A stretch of 44,342 bases of DNA from a virus (IMGVR_UViG_3300043406_000058:1-44342); one strand, 5' to 3'. Counted from the stretch's first letter, positions 9,058 to 20,017 are shown. Notes: a model not told the origin generated them from the letters alone. Made by a program: numbers and translations.

Positions 9058-12000
9058 CCAAAGAAATCAAGCTCAAGCTCACGCTCGACAATGGCCAGTT
9101 CGTCGCCACGGTCAGCAGCTCCGAGTCCGCCCTGCGTGGCATGCAGCGCACCGCGTCGTCCATCACGTTCGGCGAGATGGCCCGCGGCGCAGTGGCACTC
9201 ACGGGCATTGCCACTGCTGCCCGCGCTGCCGCGTCGGCGATCCAGGCCATCCCCGCCAAGGGCATCAGCTTCATTGCCGACACCGAAGTCGCGCAGCTCG
9301 GCATGGCCGGCATCCTGCAGTCGATGATCGAGATCGAGGGCAAGGCGCCCAGCTTCGCCCAGGCGCAAGACATCGCCGCCGGTGCTGTCACCCGGCTGCA
9401 GAAAGCTGCCGCCGAGACTGCCGCATCATCCAGCGACCTGATCGCCACCTACCGCGCACTGCTCGGCCCTGCGCTCGCCGCTGGCATGTCGATGCAGCAG
9501 GTCGAGAAATTCACCGTTGTCGGCGCCAATGCGATCAAGAGCATGGGCATGACCACGGGGCAGATGGTGCAAGAGCTGCGCGACCTTGCGCAAGGTGGCA
9601 TCACTGCGGCCGGATCGACCCTTGCCACCGCGCTCGGGCTCAAGGACGCCGACATCAACAAGGCCAAAGCCTCCAGCGAGGGTCTGTTCACGTTCCTGAT
9701 GGGCCGCATGCAGGGCTTTGCGAGCACCTCGGGCGCCTACACCCAGACCCTGAAAGGCGGCTGGGAAGCCCTTGGCGAGCAGATGACGCAAGCCAGCGCT
9801 GCCGCAATGGCCCCGGCTGCCGAGGCTGCCAAGGGTGCGATTGCGGAAATCAGCGAGGCTCTGAAGGGCGACCAGATCAAGGAGTCCCTGAACGGGATGG
9901 GCCAGGGCGTCGCCACGCTCATCACCAGCCTGTCGGCTGGCGTCGGCATCGTGCAGCAGTACGGGGGCGCCATCGGCGCGATGGCCGCCGCCGTTGCGCT
10001 GGCGAAGTTCAGCTCACTCGCGGGCGAGATCGCCACCGCGACCAATGCCAAGATGCTGGCCGCGTCGGCGTCACGGCTGGCGGCTGCGCAGGCAATCGTC
10101 GAGGCTGGCGCCAACGACACGGTCACCCTGTCTTCGCGTGCCAAGCTCGCTGCACTGCTGGCCGAGCAGCGCGCCAAGGTGCAGGCGCTGTTACAGGAAC
10201 AAGCCCTCACCGCCGCGAAGCTCCGCAGCGCCGAAGCCACCGCCGCCCAGCTCGTCGGGCAGGCCCGCCTGAACGCACTGGAGCAGCAGGTGCTGCCGCT
10301 CCGCCAGCAACACGCACAGCAGACCACCGCGCTCGAACAAGGGCAGCAGCGACTCGCCGGGGCGACAAACGCCGCCAGCGCCGCCACCCGCGCAATGGGC
10401 CTGGTTGTCGGTGCCCTTGGTGGCCCGATTGGCATCGCCATCACTGCCGCCGCGCTGCTTGCTGGCGCGTTCATGTCGGCCCGATCTGAGGCTGAGAAGC
10501 TGGGCAAGACCAAGCTCTCTGTCGAGCGCGTGGAATCCGCGCTGTCCAGCGGTGGCAAGGTGGATCAGACCGATGCAAGCCGGTTGCAGTCGGAGCTGTC
10601 GGAGGCAAAAGAAAAGCGCGATGGCCTGCTGGCCGAATCACGCAAGCGGTCGAGCATGTACGACCGGTCCAAGGGACTGTTCGGCGGTGACTCGAATGTC
10701 GAGAAACGAGCGGCTGAGCTGGCGCAGGCGGAAGCCGAGGTCAAAAAGTTCGAGGCGCTGACTGGCCGTGTTGAAGCAGCACAGCAGCGCGGCAGTGCAT
10801 CGGCATCGGGCATCGGCTTGCGCGGGGGCGTCTCTTCGACCGCACTGGATGAGATGCTGTCGCACGTCAAGACTGCCGAGGGCGTCAAGAAGGCAGGCGC
10901 CGAGCGGATCCAGGCGCTGGAGACCATGGCGAACGCCGAACGGGCGCTGATGCTAAAGCGCAGCGCCACAGCGGCCGAGCTTGCCCAGTTCGACGCCAAG
11001 GTGTCAGGAGCCAAGACAGGCATGCAGCGCGACATGATGCTTGAGCTGCAGGGCGTCGCCAGCAAGACCGCCAAGGCCGCCAAGGGACCAGGCGCCACCG
11101 AAACCGACGCCCAGGCCAGCCATATCGAGCGCGCAGGCGCCGAGCTTCGCACCGCGCAACTCAAGGCCGCGGCGCAAGAGCGGGTGCAGGTGCTTGAGAC
11201 TGAGCAGCGCACCGCCGACCACCTCCACCAGATGGGCCTCACCGGGGTCACGGAGTACGAAATCGAGCGCGTGCGCATCCAGCGCGCCAAGCTCGCCGAG
11301 CGCATGACGCTGATCGACGCCGAGATCGCAGCCGAGGAATCCCGCAAACCGAAAAGCGCGGCGGACAAGATCCAGGTGCAGCGCCGAATCGTCGATCTCA
11401 AGGCCGACCGCAGCGCCATCACTGCCGAAATGGCTGGCGCAGCGTCCGGCGGGGCTGCTGCTGCCGAGGCCCGCAAGCTGGACGATCAGCGGGCTATCGC
11501 CACCGAGACCGCCCAGATCTGGCAAGCCGCCAATGCCCAGATCACCCAGCTCCGCAACCAGAACAGCCAGGCCGCCATCGGTGCGATCACCGACCCCGTG
11601 GCAAAGCTGCGCGCCGAGAGTGCCGCACGGGTCGCCGAGCTGTACAGCGCATCGGACGAGTTGACGAAGGGCCTGGAGCTGAAAATCTCCCTCACGGCCG
11701 ATCCGGGCCAGCGCGAGATGCTGCGCACGCAGGTGTCCAGCATCGCCGAGGAAACAGGCCGTGCCATCGCGCTGGAGAACACCGGGTTGACCGAGCGCCT
11801 GAAGCCTGGCTGGCAGACCATGGTCGAGGGCTGGGCCGATGCGAACAAGCTGATGCGCGAATCCAGCGACCGCACCATGGACATGCTGGTCAAGGGCGGT
11901 GAAGACGCCTTCGCCGAGTTCGTCACCACCGGGAAGATCAGCGTCAAGAGCTTGGCCAACTCGATGATTTCCGAGATGGCCCGCACCGAATACCGCAAGT

Positions 12001-12578
12001 TTCTGGGCGGTGGCCCGGCTGGTGGTGCTGGTGGTGCTGGTGGTCTGGGTAGCCTCGTGAAAATGGTCACGGGTCTGTTCGCTGCCGATGGTGCAGCATT
12101 CGAGGCCGGCGGCACCCGCCGCTTTGCTGGTGGCGGCTCATTCACAAACCGGGTCATCGATCGCGACACCCATTTCCGGTACGCCGAAGGGGGCCGCGAA
12201 AAACTCGGCCTCATGGGCGAAGCAGGCCCCGAGGCGATCATGCCGCTGTCCGGCGGTGGCGCGCAAGCCATCGGCGCCGATGGCCGCAAGCTCGGTCACC
12301 TACCGGTCATCCGTGGCCCTGGTGGTCGGCTGTCGGTCGTGCTGGATGAGCAGAGGCAAGCCACCCGCCGATTCGCCGATGGCGGCGCGTTCGGCAACCT
12401 CGGCGGCTCGGCGACGGTGGCGCAGGCGTCTGCACGGATGACCGCCCAGGTCTCCGCACCGCTCACCGTGCAGATCATGGACCTGGGGCAGGTCGCTCAG
12501 ATGATCCAGGCCGCCCAGGCGCAGCAGTACCGCGCACTGCAGCAGCGCCTCAAAACCGCAGCAGGGATCAGCATTTGA
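9054..12578 (+). CDS. Tape measure protein
   Basis: About 1170 aa, Ala-rich helical; lambda-type C-terminal GLMGEAGPEAIMPL; GTG start overlapping the previous stop. Confidence 0.92.
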   Translation: MTKEIKLKLTLDNGQFVATVSSSESALRGMQRTASSITFGEMARGAVALTGIATAARAAASAIQAIPAKGISFIADTEVAQLGMAGILQSMIEIEGKAPSFAQAQDIAAGAVTRLQKAAAETAASSSDLIATYRALLGPALAAGMSMQQVEKFTVVGANAIKSMGMTTGQMVQELRDLAQGGITAAGSTLATALGLKDADINKAKASSEGLFTFLMGRMQGFASTSGAYTQTLKGGWEALGEQMTQASAAAMAPAAEAAKGAIAEISEALKGDQIKESLNGMGQGVATLITSLSAGVGIVQQYGGAIGAMAAAVALAKFSSLAGEIATATNAKMLAASASRLAAAQAIVEAGANDTVTLSSRAKLAALLAEQRAKVQALLQEQALTAAKLRSAEATAAQLVGQARLNALEQQVLPLRQQHAQQTTALEQGQQRLAGATNAASAATRAMGLVVGALGGPIGIAITAAALLAGAFMSARSEAEKLGKTKLSVERVESALSSGGKVDQTDASRLQSELSEAKEKRDGLLAESRKRSSMYDRSKGLFGGDSNVEKRAAELAQAEAEVKKFEALTGRVEAAQQRGSASASGIGLRGGVSSTALDEMLSHVKTAEGVKKAGAERIQALETMANAERALMLKRSATAAELAQFDAKVSGAKTGMQRDMMLELQGVASKTAKAAKGPGATETDAQASHIERAGAELRTAQLKAAAQERVQVLETEQRTADHLHQMGLTGVTEYEIERVRIQRAKLAERMTLIDAEIAAEESRKPKSAADKIQVQRRIVDLKADRSAITAEMAGAASGGAAAAEARKLDDQRAIATETAQIWQAANAQITQLRNQNSQAAIGAITDPVAKLRAESAARVAELYSASDELTKGLELKISLTADPGQREMLRTQVSSIAEETGRAIALENTGLTERLKPGWQTMVEGWADANKLMRESSDRTMDMLVKGGEDAFAEFVTTGKISVKSLANSMISEMARTEYRKFLGGGPAGGAGGAGGLGSLVKMVTGLFAADGAAFEAGGTRRFAGGGSFTNRVIDRDTHFRYAEGGREKLGLMGEAGPEAIMPLSGGGAQAIGADGRKLGHLPVIRGPGGRLSVVLDEQRQATRRFADGGAFGNLGGSATVAQASARMTAQVSAPLTVQIMDLGQVAQMIQAAQAQQYRALQQRLKTAAGISI

Positions 12579-12579
12579 T

Positions 12580-13200
12580 ATGGCCGTCATCTCATTCCGC
12601 GATGCGACGTACAACCTCGGACTGCTGGCCGGGGATGGCTCTGGTTTCGGGCTGCGAAACCATGAAATCGTGAGCACATCCACCGTTGCGGGCACCGCCC
12701 AGGTCCGGGCCGTCGGCCTGCCGCTCTACACGTTCAAGCTCGACCTGCCGCGGCAAATGGACCAGTTCCGGGCCGGGCAGTGGCGCGGCATCCTCATGAG
12801 CCTGCGGGGCGGCGTCAACCGCCTCGAAGCCTATGACCCAGCACACCAGTTCCCCGCCGGGACTGCCCGTGGTGACCGCACGCTCGGCGCCTCTGCTGCC
12901 AAGGGCGCCCCGTCCGTGAGCGTCACCGGGTCCGGCACGGTGCTTCCGGGCGACTGGCTCCAGATCGGCACGACCCTCGGCGCCTCGCAGCTCGTCATGG
13001 TTACCGCCGCCGCCACGCTGCCCGCTACCGTCCAGATCACGCCCCCCGTGTTCTTCGCGTTCGGTGCTGGTGCGCGTGTCCGCGTGGACCGCCCCTGCAC
13101 CTTCTTCCGGATGGCCGGAAAGATGCCCGAGTTCGGCGGCGTCGGCGGCACCACCAACCTTTACGGGGCCTCGGTCGAGTTCGTGGAGTCGTTAACATGA
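12580..13200 (+). CDS. Distal tail (Dit-like) protein
   Basis: Immediately after the tape measure gene; 206 aa. Confidence 0.6.
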   Translation: MAVISFRDATYNLGLLAGDGSGFGLRNHEIVSTSTVAGTAQVRAVGLPLYTFKLDLPRQMDQFRAGQWRGILMSLRGGVNRLEAYDPAHQFPAGTARGDRTLGASAAKGAPSVSVTGSGTVLPGDWLQIGTTLGASQLVMVTAAATLPATVQITPPVFFAFGAGARVRVDRPCTFFRMAGKMPEFGGVGGTTNLYGASVEFVESLT

Positions 13201-13796
13201 TCGGCATGACTGCTGCCGAGACTGCCCTCCTGGCCTCCGGGGCCATGGCCGAAGCGGGGCTGGTCGAGATCCAGTTTTCTACCGGGGTGCAGCGCCTCGC
13301 CATGTGGCCAATCAACATCGACTCCGGTGGCTTCACCTGGCGCGGCATCGGCGACGTGGTGCGCATCCCAGCGACCAAGCACGCCGCCGACTCCGCCGGC
13401 GACTCGGTCACGCTGGAGGTCACTGCCGCCAGTGCTGCGCTCGTCGCGCTGTGCTCCGGGCCGTCTTACACCTGGCGCGGCAAGCGCGTGCAGTTCCTCA
13501 CGCAATTCATGACCGCTAACTTCGAGCAAGTCGGCGTGCCGCGCCCCTTCTGGACTGGCGTGATGGTTGGCATCGGCGGGCGGGCCGAACCAGGGCAGGA
13601 CGGGACCGTGAACGCCGTCCTGTCGATCGACCTCGCCCCGCTCGGCATGTCGCGTGCGCGCACTGCCGAGGGCATTCGCTGGACCGCCGCGCAGCACCGA
13701 TCGCGCTACCCGGCCGACGCGGGCCTCGACGGGCTGGCCGCGATGCTGGAACAGACCTCCTGGCTGTCGCGCGAGTACCAGCAATCGCAGGCATGA
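13197..13796 (+). CDS. Tail tip/hub protein
   Basis: ATGA overlap; FTWRGIG and RWT...YPAD.GL patterns typical of siphophage hub proteins. Confidence 0.6.
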   Translation: MIGMTAAETALLASGAMAEAGLVEIQFSTGVQRLAMWPINIDSGGFTWRGIGDVVRIPATKHAADSAGDSVTLEVTAASAALVALCSGPSYTWRGKRVQFLTQFMTANFEQVGVPRPFWTGVMVGIGGRAEPGQDGTVNAVLSIDLAPLGMSRARTAEGIRWTAAQHRSRYPADAGLDGLAAMLEQTSWLSREYQQSQA

Positions 13797-14215
13797 ACAC
13801 GATGATCACCCAAACTACCCGCAACGCTGCACTGGCCGACTTCCTGGCACGATGGAGCAAGAGCGGGCGTTTTTGCTGGACTGAGCGCCATTGCTGTCAC
13901 ATGCCAGCGGCATGGGTGCGCGAAGTCGAGTTCAGCTCGGTCGATATGCCGCGCACCGACTCGGCGCGCGCCGCAGTGCGCACCGTGGCCGCGCATGGGG
14001 ATCTGGTCGGCGCGGTGTCGCATGTCATCGGCCGCCCGGCGCTCGCTGCTGCCGAAGCCCAGCCCGGCGATGTGGTGGCGTTCGACCCCGGTCCGCTCGG
14101 GCTTGTCGGCACAGTGGGCATCGCCATCGGGAGCGGCTTCGTGGCCGTCTGTGGTGGCGAGACCATCACGCTGCACCTGCTCGCCGATGCGCGGGCGTGC
14201 TGGAGGATCGCATGA
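13793..14215 (+). CDS. NlpC/P60-like tail tip protein
   Basis: FCWTERHCC and AQPGDVV motifs; position between hub and central tip protein. Confidence 0.6.
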   Translation: MNTMITQTTRNAALADFLARWSKSGRFCWTERHCCHMPAAWVREVEFSSVDMPRTDSARAAVRTVAAHGDLVGAVSHVIGRPALAAAEAQPGDVVAFDPGPLGLVGTVGIAIGSGFVAVCGGETITLHLLADARACWRIA

Positions 14216-17200
14216 TCCGCCGCATCCTCCCATCCGCGCTGCTGGCCGCCGGGCTGCTGCTGCACGCAACCCCTGCGGCTGCCGACCCCATCTCCGCGAT
14301 TGTCGCGATCGCCCAAGTCGTCGCTGTCTCTGGCACTACCGCCATGATTGCAGGCGTGGCCTTGACGACCATCGCAACCTATGCCGCGCTCGGCGCTGCG
14401 CTGGTCGGGGGCGTGCTAGCCCGGAAAAAGGCCAAGGAAGCGGCCAGGGCTGCGCGCAATGCAACGCGCGAAGCGATGCAAGAGCGCACGATCGTGATGC
14501 AGTCGTCCGAGCCCGTGCCCCGGGTGATCTACGGTCGCTGTGCTGTCGGCGGGGATGTGATCGATCGGTTCTCATCCCCGAAGACCTACCTCGCCGACGG
14601 CGGTGTGATGAAGACCCGGCCGGACGCGCTGCAGCATATCGTCATCGCCGTGGCGCACCACCAGTGCCAGGCGCTCTACCGCATCCACCTCGGTGGCCAG
14701 TGGTACACCGTGCCGGTCGGTGGCGGCTGGCTCGGTGATCCGTCGCTGGAACAAAAGCGCGCCGCGACCGTCACCCGCTCCACCGTCTTCCCGGTTTCCG
14801 GCTCGGCCATCATCGCGCTGCCGGACCCTGCTGCCACACTGTCCGTGGTGTCGATCACGCGGGACTCTGGGGGCAGTCTCGGCACCGAGACCGCGCCGAC
14901 CGGGTGGACCGTCTCCGGCGCCACCATCTCCGGCGTGCCCGCCGGAACGTGGGATGTCACCTGCCAGATCACCGCCAACCGCTCGACCGTGCGCGTCGAG
15001 TTCATGACCGGTGCCGTTACCCAGACCGTCAATTCCTACCTGACCGGGATCAACGCCGCCCGCTGGCCCGCATCGAAGCGCCTGCAGGGCATCGCCTACG
15101 TCGTGCTCACGCTCGACCTCGACGACGCGCAATTCCAAGGCGGGCTTCCTTCTGACTTGTCCTTCGACATCTCTGGCCGCCTGGTGCTGGACCCCCGGAC
15201 CGACGTGACCGCCTGGAGCGACAACACCGCCCTGTGCATATACGACTGGCTGCGCTCCGAGTGGGGCTACAGCCTCGCCGTGGCCGACATCGACACCGCC
15301 TCCGTGATCGCTGCCGCGAATTCCTGCGACGCCATCGTCGGGCGTCCGCTGACCACCGATTCCGTGGCGACTGGCCGATTTTCGGTGTGCAACGGCTCTT
15401 TCCGCGTGTCCGATGACCGGGCCTCGATCTTGTCCGAGCTGACCGAAAACATGGGCGGCTTCGCTTCGCCGGGCGCGGTCTGGACGGTCAGCGCGGGCGC
15501 GTGGACATCCTCGGTCATGTCGCTGTCCGACGCTGACGCGATGGCGCCCATCCAGATCGTGCGCCAGTCCGCGCCGCACGACGAGGCGTTCAACGGCGCC
15601 CGCGCCTCGATCGTCCGCGCTGGCAAGCGCGAGCCCAGCGACGTGGACCCTTACCAGGCCATGTCCTACGTCACCGCCGACGGTGGCGCCGAGTGGCAGA
15701 CCTTCAGCTTCCCGTTCTGCGCAGATCCAGGCCAGGCGCGCCACCTGATGCGCGTGTTCGTCGAGCAGGCCCGCGCCGGGATGATCATCCAGTACACCGG
15801 TGGCATGCGCCTGTGGCCGCTGCAGCCCGGTGACCGGGTGACGATCACCGCCGACGATTACATCGCGGTCTGGGGCGCCCCAGGCAAGACCTTCCGCGTC
15901 CTCGATCGCCAGTGGGCGCCCGGTCAGCCGGTGTCGCTGACGCTGCAGGAGGATGTCGCCAGCACCTACGACAGCGCCGATGCAACGGACCCGGACCCTG
16001 CGCCGAACACCTCACTGCCATCGCCCCGCCTTGTCGATGTCCCTTCCGGGCTGGTCGCGTCGAGCGGCACCGCCACGCTGCTGCAGATGCAGGATGGCAC
16101 CATCGTCCCACGGGTGCGCATGACCTGGAACGCGCCGGTAACGCTCTACATGCAGTCGGCGGGAGCCTCCACCGAACTCCGCTGGCGCAGCGTCACCGAC
16201 ACCGCGTGGCAGACCGAGCGCCTGCCCCGCGATGCCGCCTCGGCCATGATCGGCGGCGTGCAGGATCTGGACATGCTCGTGATCGAGCTGCGCCACATCA
16301 ACACCGTCGGCGTCGAATCCCAGTGGGTCACGATCGCCCACCGCGTCATCGGCAAGAGCGCGCCGCCGTCGGCGGTGGTCGGGCTTGCTGCGTCGGCGGT
16401 CGGCGGTGATGTGCTTGTGACCTGGACCGTCTGCCCAGACCTCGACTACGCATCGACCGAGCTGCGTGTCGGCCCTGTCTTCGCCACCGCGGGCCGCATC
16501 GGGCAGGCGGGCGGATCGGGGGCGGATCGCTTTCTCTGGATCAACCCGGCTGTGGGCACACACACGATCTGGGCGCAGCATCAGGACGAGTCCGGCAACG
16601 ATGGGCCGGTGTCCAGCACCACTGTCGTGGCTACCGCCGCCGCTGGATCGGCGACGGGCGGCAATCAGCTCTTCAACTCTGACTTCAGCCTCGGGTGGAG
16701 GGGGTGGTCATCGATCAATGGCGTGGTCGTTGGTAAGCGCAGCATGAACCTGGCCGGGTGGACGATTGCCGCACTGTCGCCGATTTCCGGCAACACGGGA
16801 TCGATCTCACAAGGCCCTCCTGTCGGGAACCTGGATTCCTACTGCGAGGAGACCAGCGACCCCATCCCAGTGACTCCGCTCGCCTGGTATTGCGCCAGTG
16901 CGTACACAGGGGCACACCGGTGCAGAACAGCAGTTTTTGCTTATTTCTACGATGCGTCTGGCGCTTCTGTGGGGCATACGTACGGTCCGCCGGCGACGTG
17001 CGAGAACAATTCGGAAATGAGTGGCGGGAGTGCGCTTGCTGGGTACAAGCGGGTGTTCGGAGTGGGCCAGGCCCCGGCCACGGCCCGCACTGCCCGGCTT
17101 GTACTGAGGAAATATGACACGGTCGCTGGGCAAGCAAACTCCTACATGTTTGCCTGCCGGGCAATGTTCGAGCCCGCGTCGTCTGCTGCATCAACACCGG

Positions 17201-18156
17201 GCGCATGGTCCCCAGGGCCGATCGGCTACACCGGTGATCTTGACGCGACAAAGGGCGCCCCGGTCGGCACGCTGGTCGGTAGCACGCTCGCGCAGACCGT
17301 CGAGAGCAATGCTGCCGAGGCGCTGCAAGGCGTCAACGACATCAACGCCGATGGCAAATGGTCGCCGATCGAAAAGGCCGCGCTGGTCGTGGACTGGAAC
17401 AGGTTGAACGGATCGGTCGCGCCGCTGGTGGCGCAAGCCAATGTGTACGGCATCGTGACCGAGCGCAACACCTTCACCAGCGCAGTCAACGCGCTGTCCG
17501 TGTACCTGACCGGGCTGGCCCCACCATGGAACGACACGACCACCACCACCACCATCTTGCGCGCCACTGCGGACCAGCTCTGGGGCAATGCCTACAACGC
17601 GCTGACCGCGCTGCAGACGCGCATCGACGATGAGGCAGGCAAGCGGGCGACATGGACGACCGTCACTGGCGTCGGCAAGCCGCAGGACAACGCGACAGTC
17701 GGCGCCACCTTCGGCACCAACATCGCCGGGCAGATCACCCCGGCGAACGTAACGACATTTATGGCCAGCAACACGATCTCCGAGAGCGCGGCTGTCACGA
17801 CGTCTGGAACGCTCGGCATCGGGTTCAACTCCCCGATCGCATCGTGTAACGGGGGCGGGCTGGTGCTTGTCTTGGTAGTCGGCGCGGTCACCGTGGCCGG
17901 CGAGCCTAGCTCGTCCAACGCGCCGACCGTCGGCAAGCTTGTGCTTGTCATCAACGGAGCCGAAGTCGGCTACTCGACCGCAGTGACCGGGGTCGTCGGG
18001 TCCAACCAGGTCGTCATGGGCTCGGCTGTCGTGGCGTGGCAGGGCGCGCTGGGTGCGCCCGTGTCTGCCTACATCAAAGCCATGCGGCCGTCGGGCAACC
18101 AGGCGGTCGAAATCACCAACGGGACCACGCTCTCGATCATCAGCCTCAAGCGGTAG
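14212..18156 (+). CDS. Central tail tip / host specificity protein (gpJ-like)
   Basis: About 1310 aa; PRVIYGR, GIAY, WSDNTALCIYDWL, LQPGD motifs; FN3-like and carbohydrate-binding-like segments toward the C-terminus. Confidence 0.88.
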   Translation: MIRRILPSALLAAGLLLHATPAAADPISAIVAIAQVVAVSGTTAMIAGVALTTIATYAALGAALVGGVLARKKAKEAARAARNATREAMQERTIVMQSSEPVPRVIYGRCAVGGDVIDRFSSPKTYLADGGVMKTRPDALQHIVIAVAHHQCQALYRIHLGGQWYTVPVGGGWLGDPSLEQKRAATVTRSTVFPVSGSAIIALPDPAATLSVVSITRDSGGSLGTETAPTGWTVSGATISGVPAGTWDVTCQITANRSTVRVEFMTGAVTQTVNSYLTGINAARWPASKRLQGIAYVVLTLDLDDAQFQGGLPSDLSFDISGRLVLDPRTDVTAWSDNTALCIYDWLRSEWGYSLAVADIDTASVIAAANSCDAIVGRPLTTDSVATGRFSVCNGSFRVSDDRASILSELTENMGGFASPGAVWTVSAGAWTSSVMSLSDADAMAPIQIVRQSAPHDEAFNGARASIVRAGKREPSDVDPYQAMSYVTADGGAEWQTFSFPFCADPGQARHLMRVFVEQARAGMIIQYTGGMRLWPLQPGDRVTITADDYIAVWGAPGKTFRVLDRQWAPGQPVSLTLQEDVASTYDSADATDPDPAPNTSLPSPRLVDVPSGLVASSGTATLLQMQDGTIVPRVRMTWNAPVTLYMQSAGASTELRWRSVTDTAWQTERLPRDAASAMIGGVQDLDMLVIELRHINTVGVESQWVTIAHRVIGKSAPPSAVVGLAASAVGGDVLVTWTVCPDLDYASTELRVGPVFATAGRIGQAGGSGADRFLWINPAVGTHTIWAQHQDESGNDGPVSSTTVVATAAAGSATGGNQLFNSDFSLGWRGWSSINGVVVGKRSMNLAGWTIAALSPISGNTGSISQGPPVGNLDSYCEETSDPIPVTPLAWYCASAYTGAHRCRTAVFAYFYDASGASVGHTYGPPATCENNSEMSGGSALAGYKRVFGVGQAPATARTARLVLRKYDTVAGQANSYMFACRAMFEPASSAASTPGAWSPGPIGYTGDLDATKGAPVGTLVGSTLAQTVESNAAEALQGVNDINADGKWSPIEKAALVVDWNRLNGSVAPLVAQANVYGIVTERNTFTSAVNALSVYLTGLAPPWNDTTTTTTILRATADQLWGNAYNALTALQTRIDDEAGKRATWTTVTGVGKPQDNATVGATFGTNIAGQITPANVTTFMASNTISESAAVTTSGTLGIGFNSPIASCNGGGLVLVLVVGAVTVAGEPSSSNAPTVGKLVLVINGAEVGYSTAVTGVVGSNQVVMGSAVVAWQGALGAPVSAYIKAMRPSGNQAVEITNGTTLSIISLKR

Positions 18157-18167
18157 CCGATATCCAA

Positions 18168-18743
18168 ATGCAGCAATACCCCGAAATCAACGCCCTCGGC
18201 GAGCTGGTCTGCCTGCGCAGCGACAGCAACTACAGCCGGATGCTTGCCAGCATCGCGCCGGGCAATTCGCTGCTGATCGACATGCCTCCTGCCGTCCCGA
18301 GCTACTGGGATGAGGCGCTGCAGGTGTGGGTCAAGAAGCCCGAGCAGCCATCACCCCGTCACACGTGGCGTGCCCAGACACGGGCATGGACGGATGACAG
18401 ATCACTCGACGAGGCCAAGGCCGACAAAATCGCCGAGATGCGGATCGAGCGTGACCGCGCGGACGCGGCGCAGATCAACATCGGCGGCTACAGCTACGAC
18501 GCACACCCTGCAGCGATGGCTGCCATTTGCCAGGAGCTGCAGCTCGCTGCGCTGACGCCGACGGCTGTCATCCAGTGGACCCTGGCCAACAACCTTGTCC
18601 AGTCGCACACGCTGCCGCAACTCCGGGCCGTGGCTGTCGCCATCCGTGCGCGCAACACCGCCAGCCGGGCGCGATACGAAGCCCGCCGCGCAAGCATCAG
18701 CACCGCGACGACCGCCGATGCGGTCTCGCTGCTCGTCTGGTGA
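18168..18743 (+). CDS. Tail fibre assembly-like protein (DUF4376-like)
   Basis: LDEAKADKIAEMR...WTLANN...C-terminal W pattern; follows the tip gene. Confidence 0.7.
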   Translation: MQQYPEINALGELVCLRSDSNYSRMLASIAPGNSLLIDMPPAVPSYWDEALQVWVKKPEQPSPRHTWRAQTRAWTDDRSLDEAKADKIAEMRIERDRADAAQINIGGYSYDAHPAAMAAICQELQLAALTPTAVIQWTLANNLVQSHTLPQLRAVAVAIRARNTASRARYEARRASISTATTADAVSLLVW

Positions 18744-18803
18744 TGAGACGCCACCAGCCGCCCCAAGCCACCGAAAACCACAAACGAACCGCGAGCCCTG
18801 ACC

Positions 18804-19211
18804 ATGAGCCCTGATCCCATCACCACCGCTGCCAGTGCTGCAGCCATCGGCGCAGTGGCTGCGGCGGTAGGCGGATCCCCGCCAGATCCTGTCGTGATCG
18901 CCAGCTTGGCGGGCTCGCTGTGCAGCGCATGGGCGCGGCCGTCGTCCGGGCCGGAATGGACGTGGCGCTACATCGGTGGCTCGCTGGTCCACACGATCCT
19001 GAGCTTCGGCGCGGGGATGTCCAGTTCTGTGCTCGCCCCTGTCTTCGCGGTCGAGCTGGTGTCTGTCGCGGGCTGGGCAATCGCTTTCCCGGCGGCGGCG
19101 TTCGCGCACCAGATCATCCCCAGCGTCGGCGAAGTCAAGGCCGCGCTGCTGGAGCGCATCCGTGGCCGGGCCTCTACCCCGCCCGGGTCTGATACCGGGG
19201 GGCAGCCGTGA
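18804..19211 (+). CDS. Putative holin (multi-TM membrane protein)
   Basis: Several hydrophobic segments, basic C-terminal region, upstream of endolysin. Confidence 0.55.
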   Translation: MSPDPITTAASAAAIGAVAAAVGGSPPDPVVIASLAGSLCSAWARPSSGPEWTWRYIGGSLVHTILSFGAGMSSSVLAPVFAVELVSVAGWAIAFPAAAFAHQIIPSVGEVKAALLERIRGRASTPPGSDTGGQP

Positions 19212-19546
19212 ACACCGATCTACTCTTCAAGATCACGTTGTTGCTGTCAGGAATTGCGCTGATCTTGTGCGCCAGCTATCTGCTCGACCGCGCGCATCGG
19301 TGCGAAATCTCCACCCGTGCCGGTGTCGCGCTGATGTTGTCGGCCGAAGGTGTGATCAGTGTGGCCGTGGCGCTGTCGCAGTGGCCGGTGTGGTGGCCGG
19401 CTGTTGCGCTGTCGGCGCTGACTGCTGTGATGGCCTGGCTGGTCATCGGGACGCGGTACGGGAGGCGCTGTGCGCACATCGACGGGTGGGGCATCACCAG
19501 GACGACGGACACGCTGCCGATTGAGCGGGGGCAGGCCCATGACTGA
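19208..19546 (+). CDS. Membrane protein (holin/antiholin candidate)
   Basis: Three hydrophobic segments; GTGA overlap. Confidence 0.55.
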   Translation: MNTDLLFKITLLLSGIALILCASYLLDRAHRCEISTRAGVALMLSAEGVISVAVALSQWPVWWPAVALSALTAVMAWLVIGTRYGRRCAHIDGWGITRTTDTLPIERGQAHD

Positions 19547-19799
19547 GCTGTCCACTGCCGATCCATCGCCATCGCCACCGATGACCGAACTGCAGCGCAT
19601 CGCATGCGACACGCTGGCCACGGCTGTCCTGCTGTGCGATGCCGCGGGGCTTGCGCTTGTGCCCGGTCCGACGCATGTGACGGTCTACGTGCCCCAGCGG
19701 TATCGCCCGAGCTGCTACAGCTCCGCCAAGGTACTCGATCTGCCGCAGATCGCGCCGAAGCCGCTGGGGCGATCGGCGCCACGCAGGAGGGCCGCGTGA
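19539..19799 (+). CDS. Hypothetical protein
   Basis: Overlaps neighbouring genes in the lysis operon. Confidence 0.45.
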   Translation: MTELSTADPSPSPPMTELQRIACDTLATAVLLCDAAGLALVPGPTHVTVYVPQRYRPSCYSSAKVLDLPQIAPKPLGRSAPRRRAA

Positions 19800-20017
19800 T
19801 GTCGCGCTTTTTGGCTGTGTTGACTGTCTGCGTGCTGTTGTGGGTGGGCCTGCCTGGCTGCGCCTCGATGTACGCGGGCGAGCTGGCCCGGGATGCCCTC
19901 GGCAAGTGCCGGGATGTCGCGGCGATCGACTACCGAGGCGGGCGTCTGCACGAGTCCGCATCTACCTTCATCAACTGCCGGATCGCACCGGCTCAGGAGC
20001 GCCCATGGTCACCCTGA
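19799..20017 (+). CDS. Small lipoprotein (spanin candidate)
   Basis: Signal MSRFLAVLTVCVLLWVG followed by lipobox LPGC. Confidence 0.55.
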   Translation: MSRFLAVLTVCVLLWVGLPGCASMYAGELARDALGKCRDVAAIDYRGGRLHESASTFINCRIAPAQERPWSP

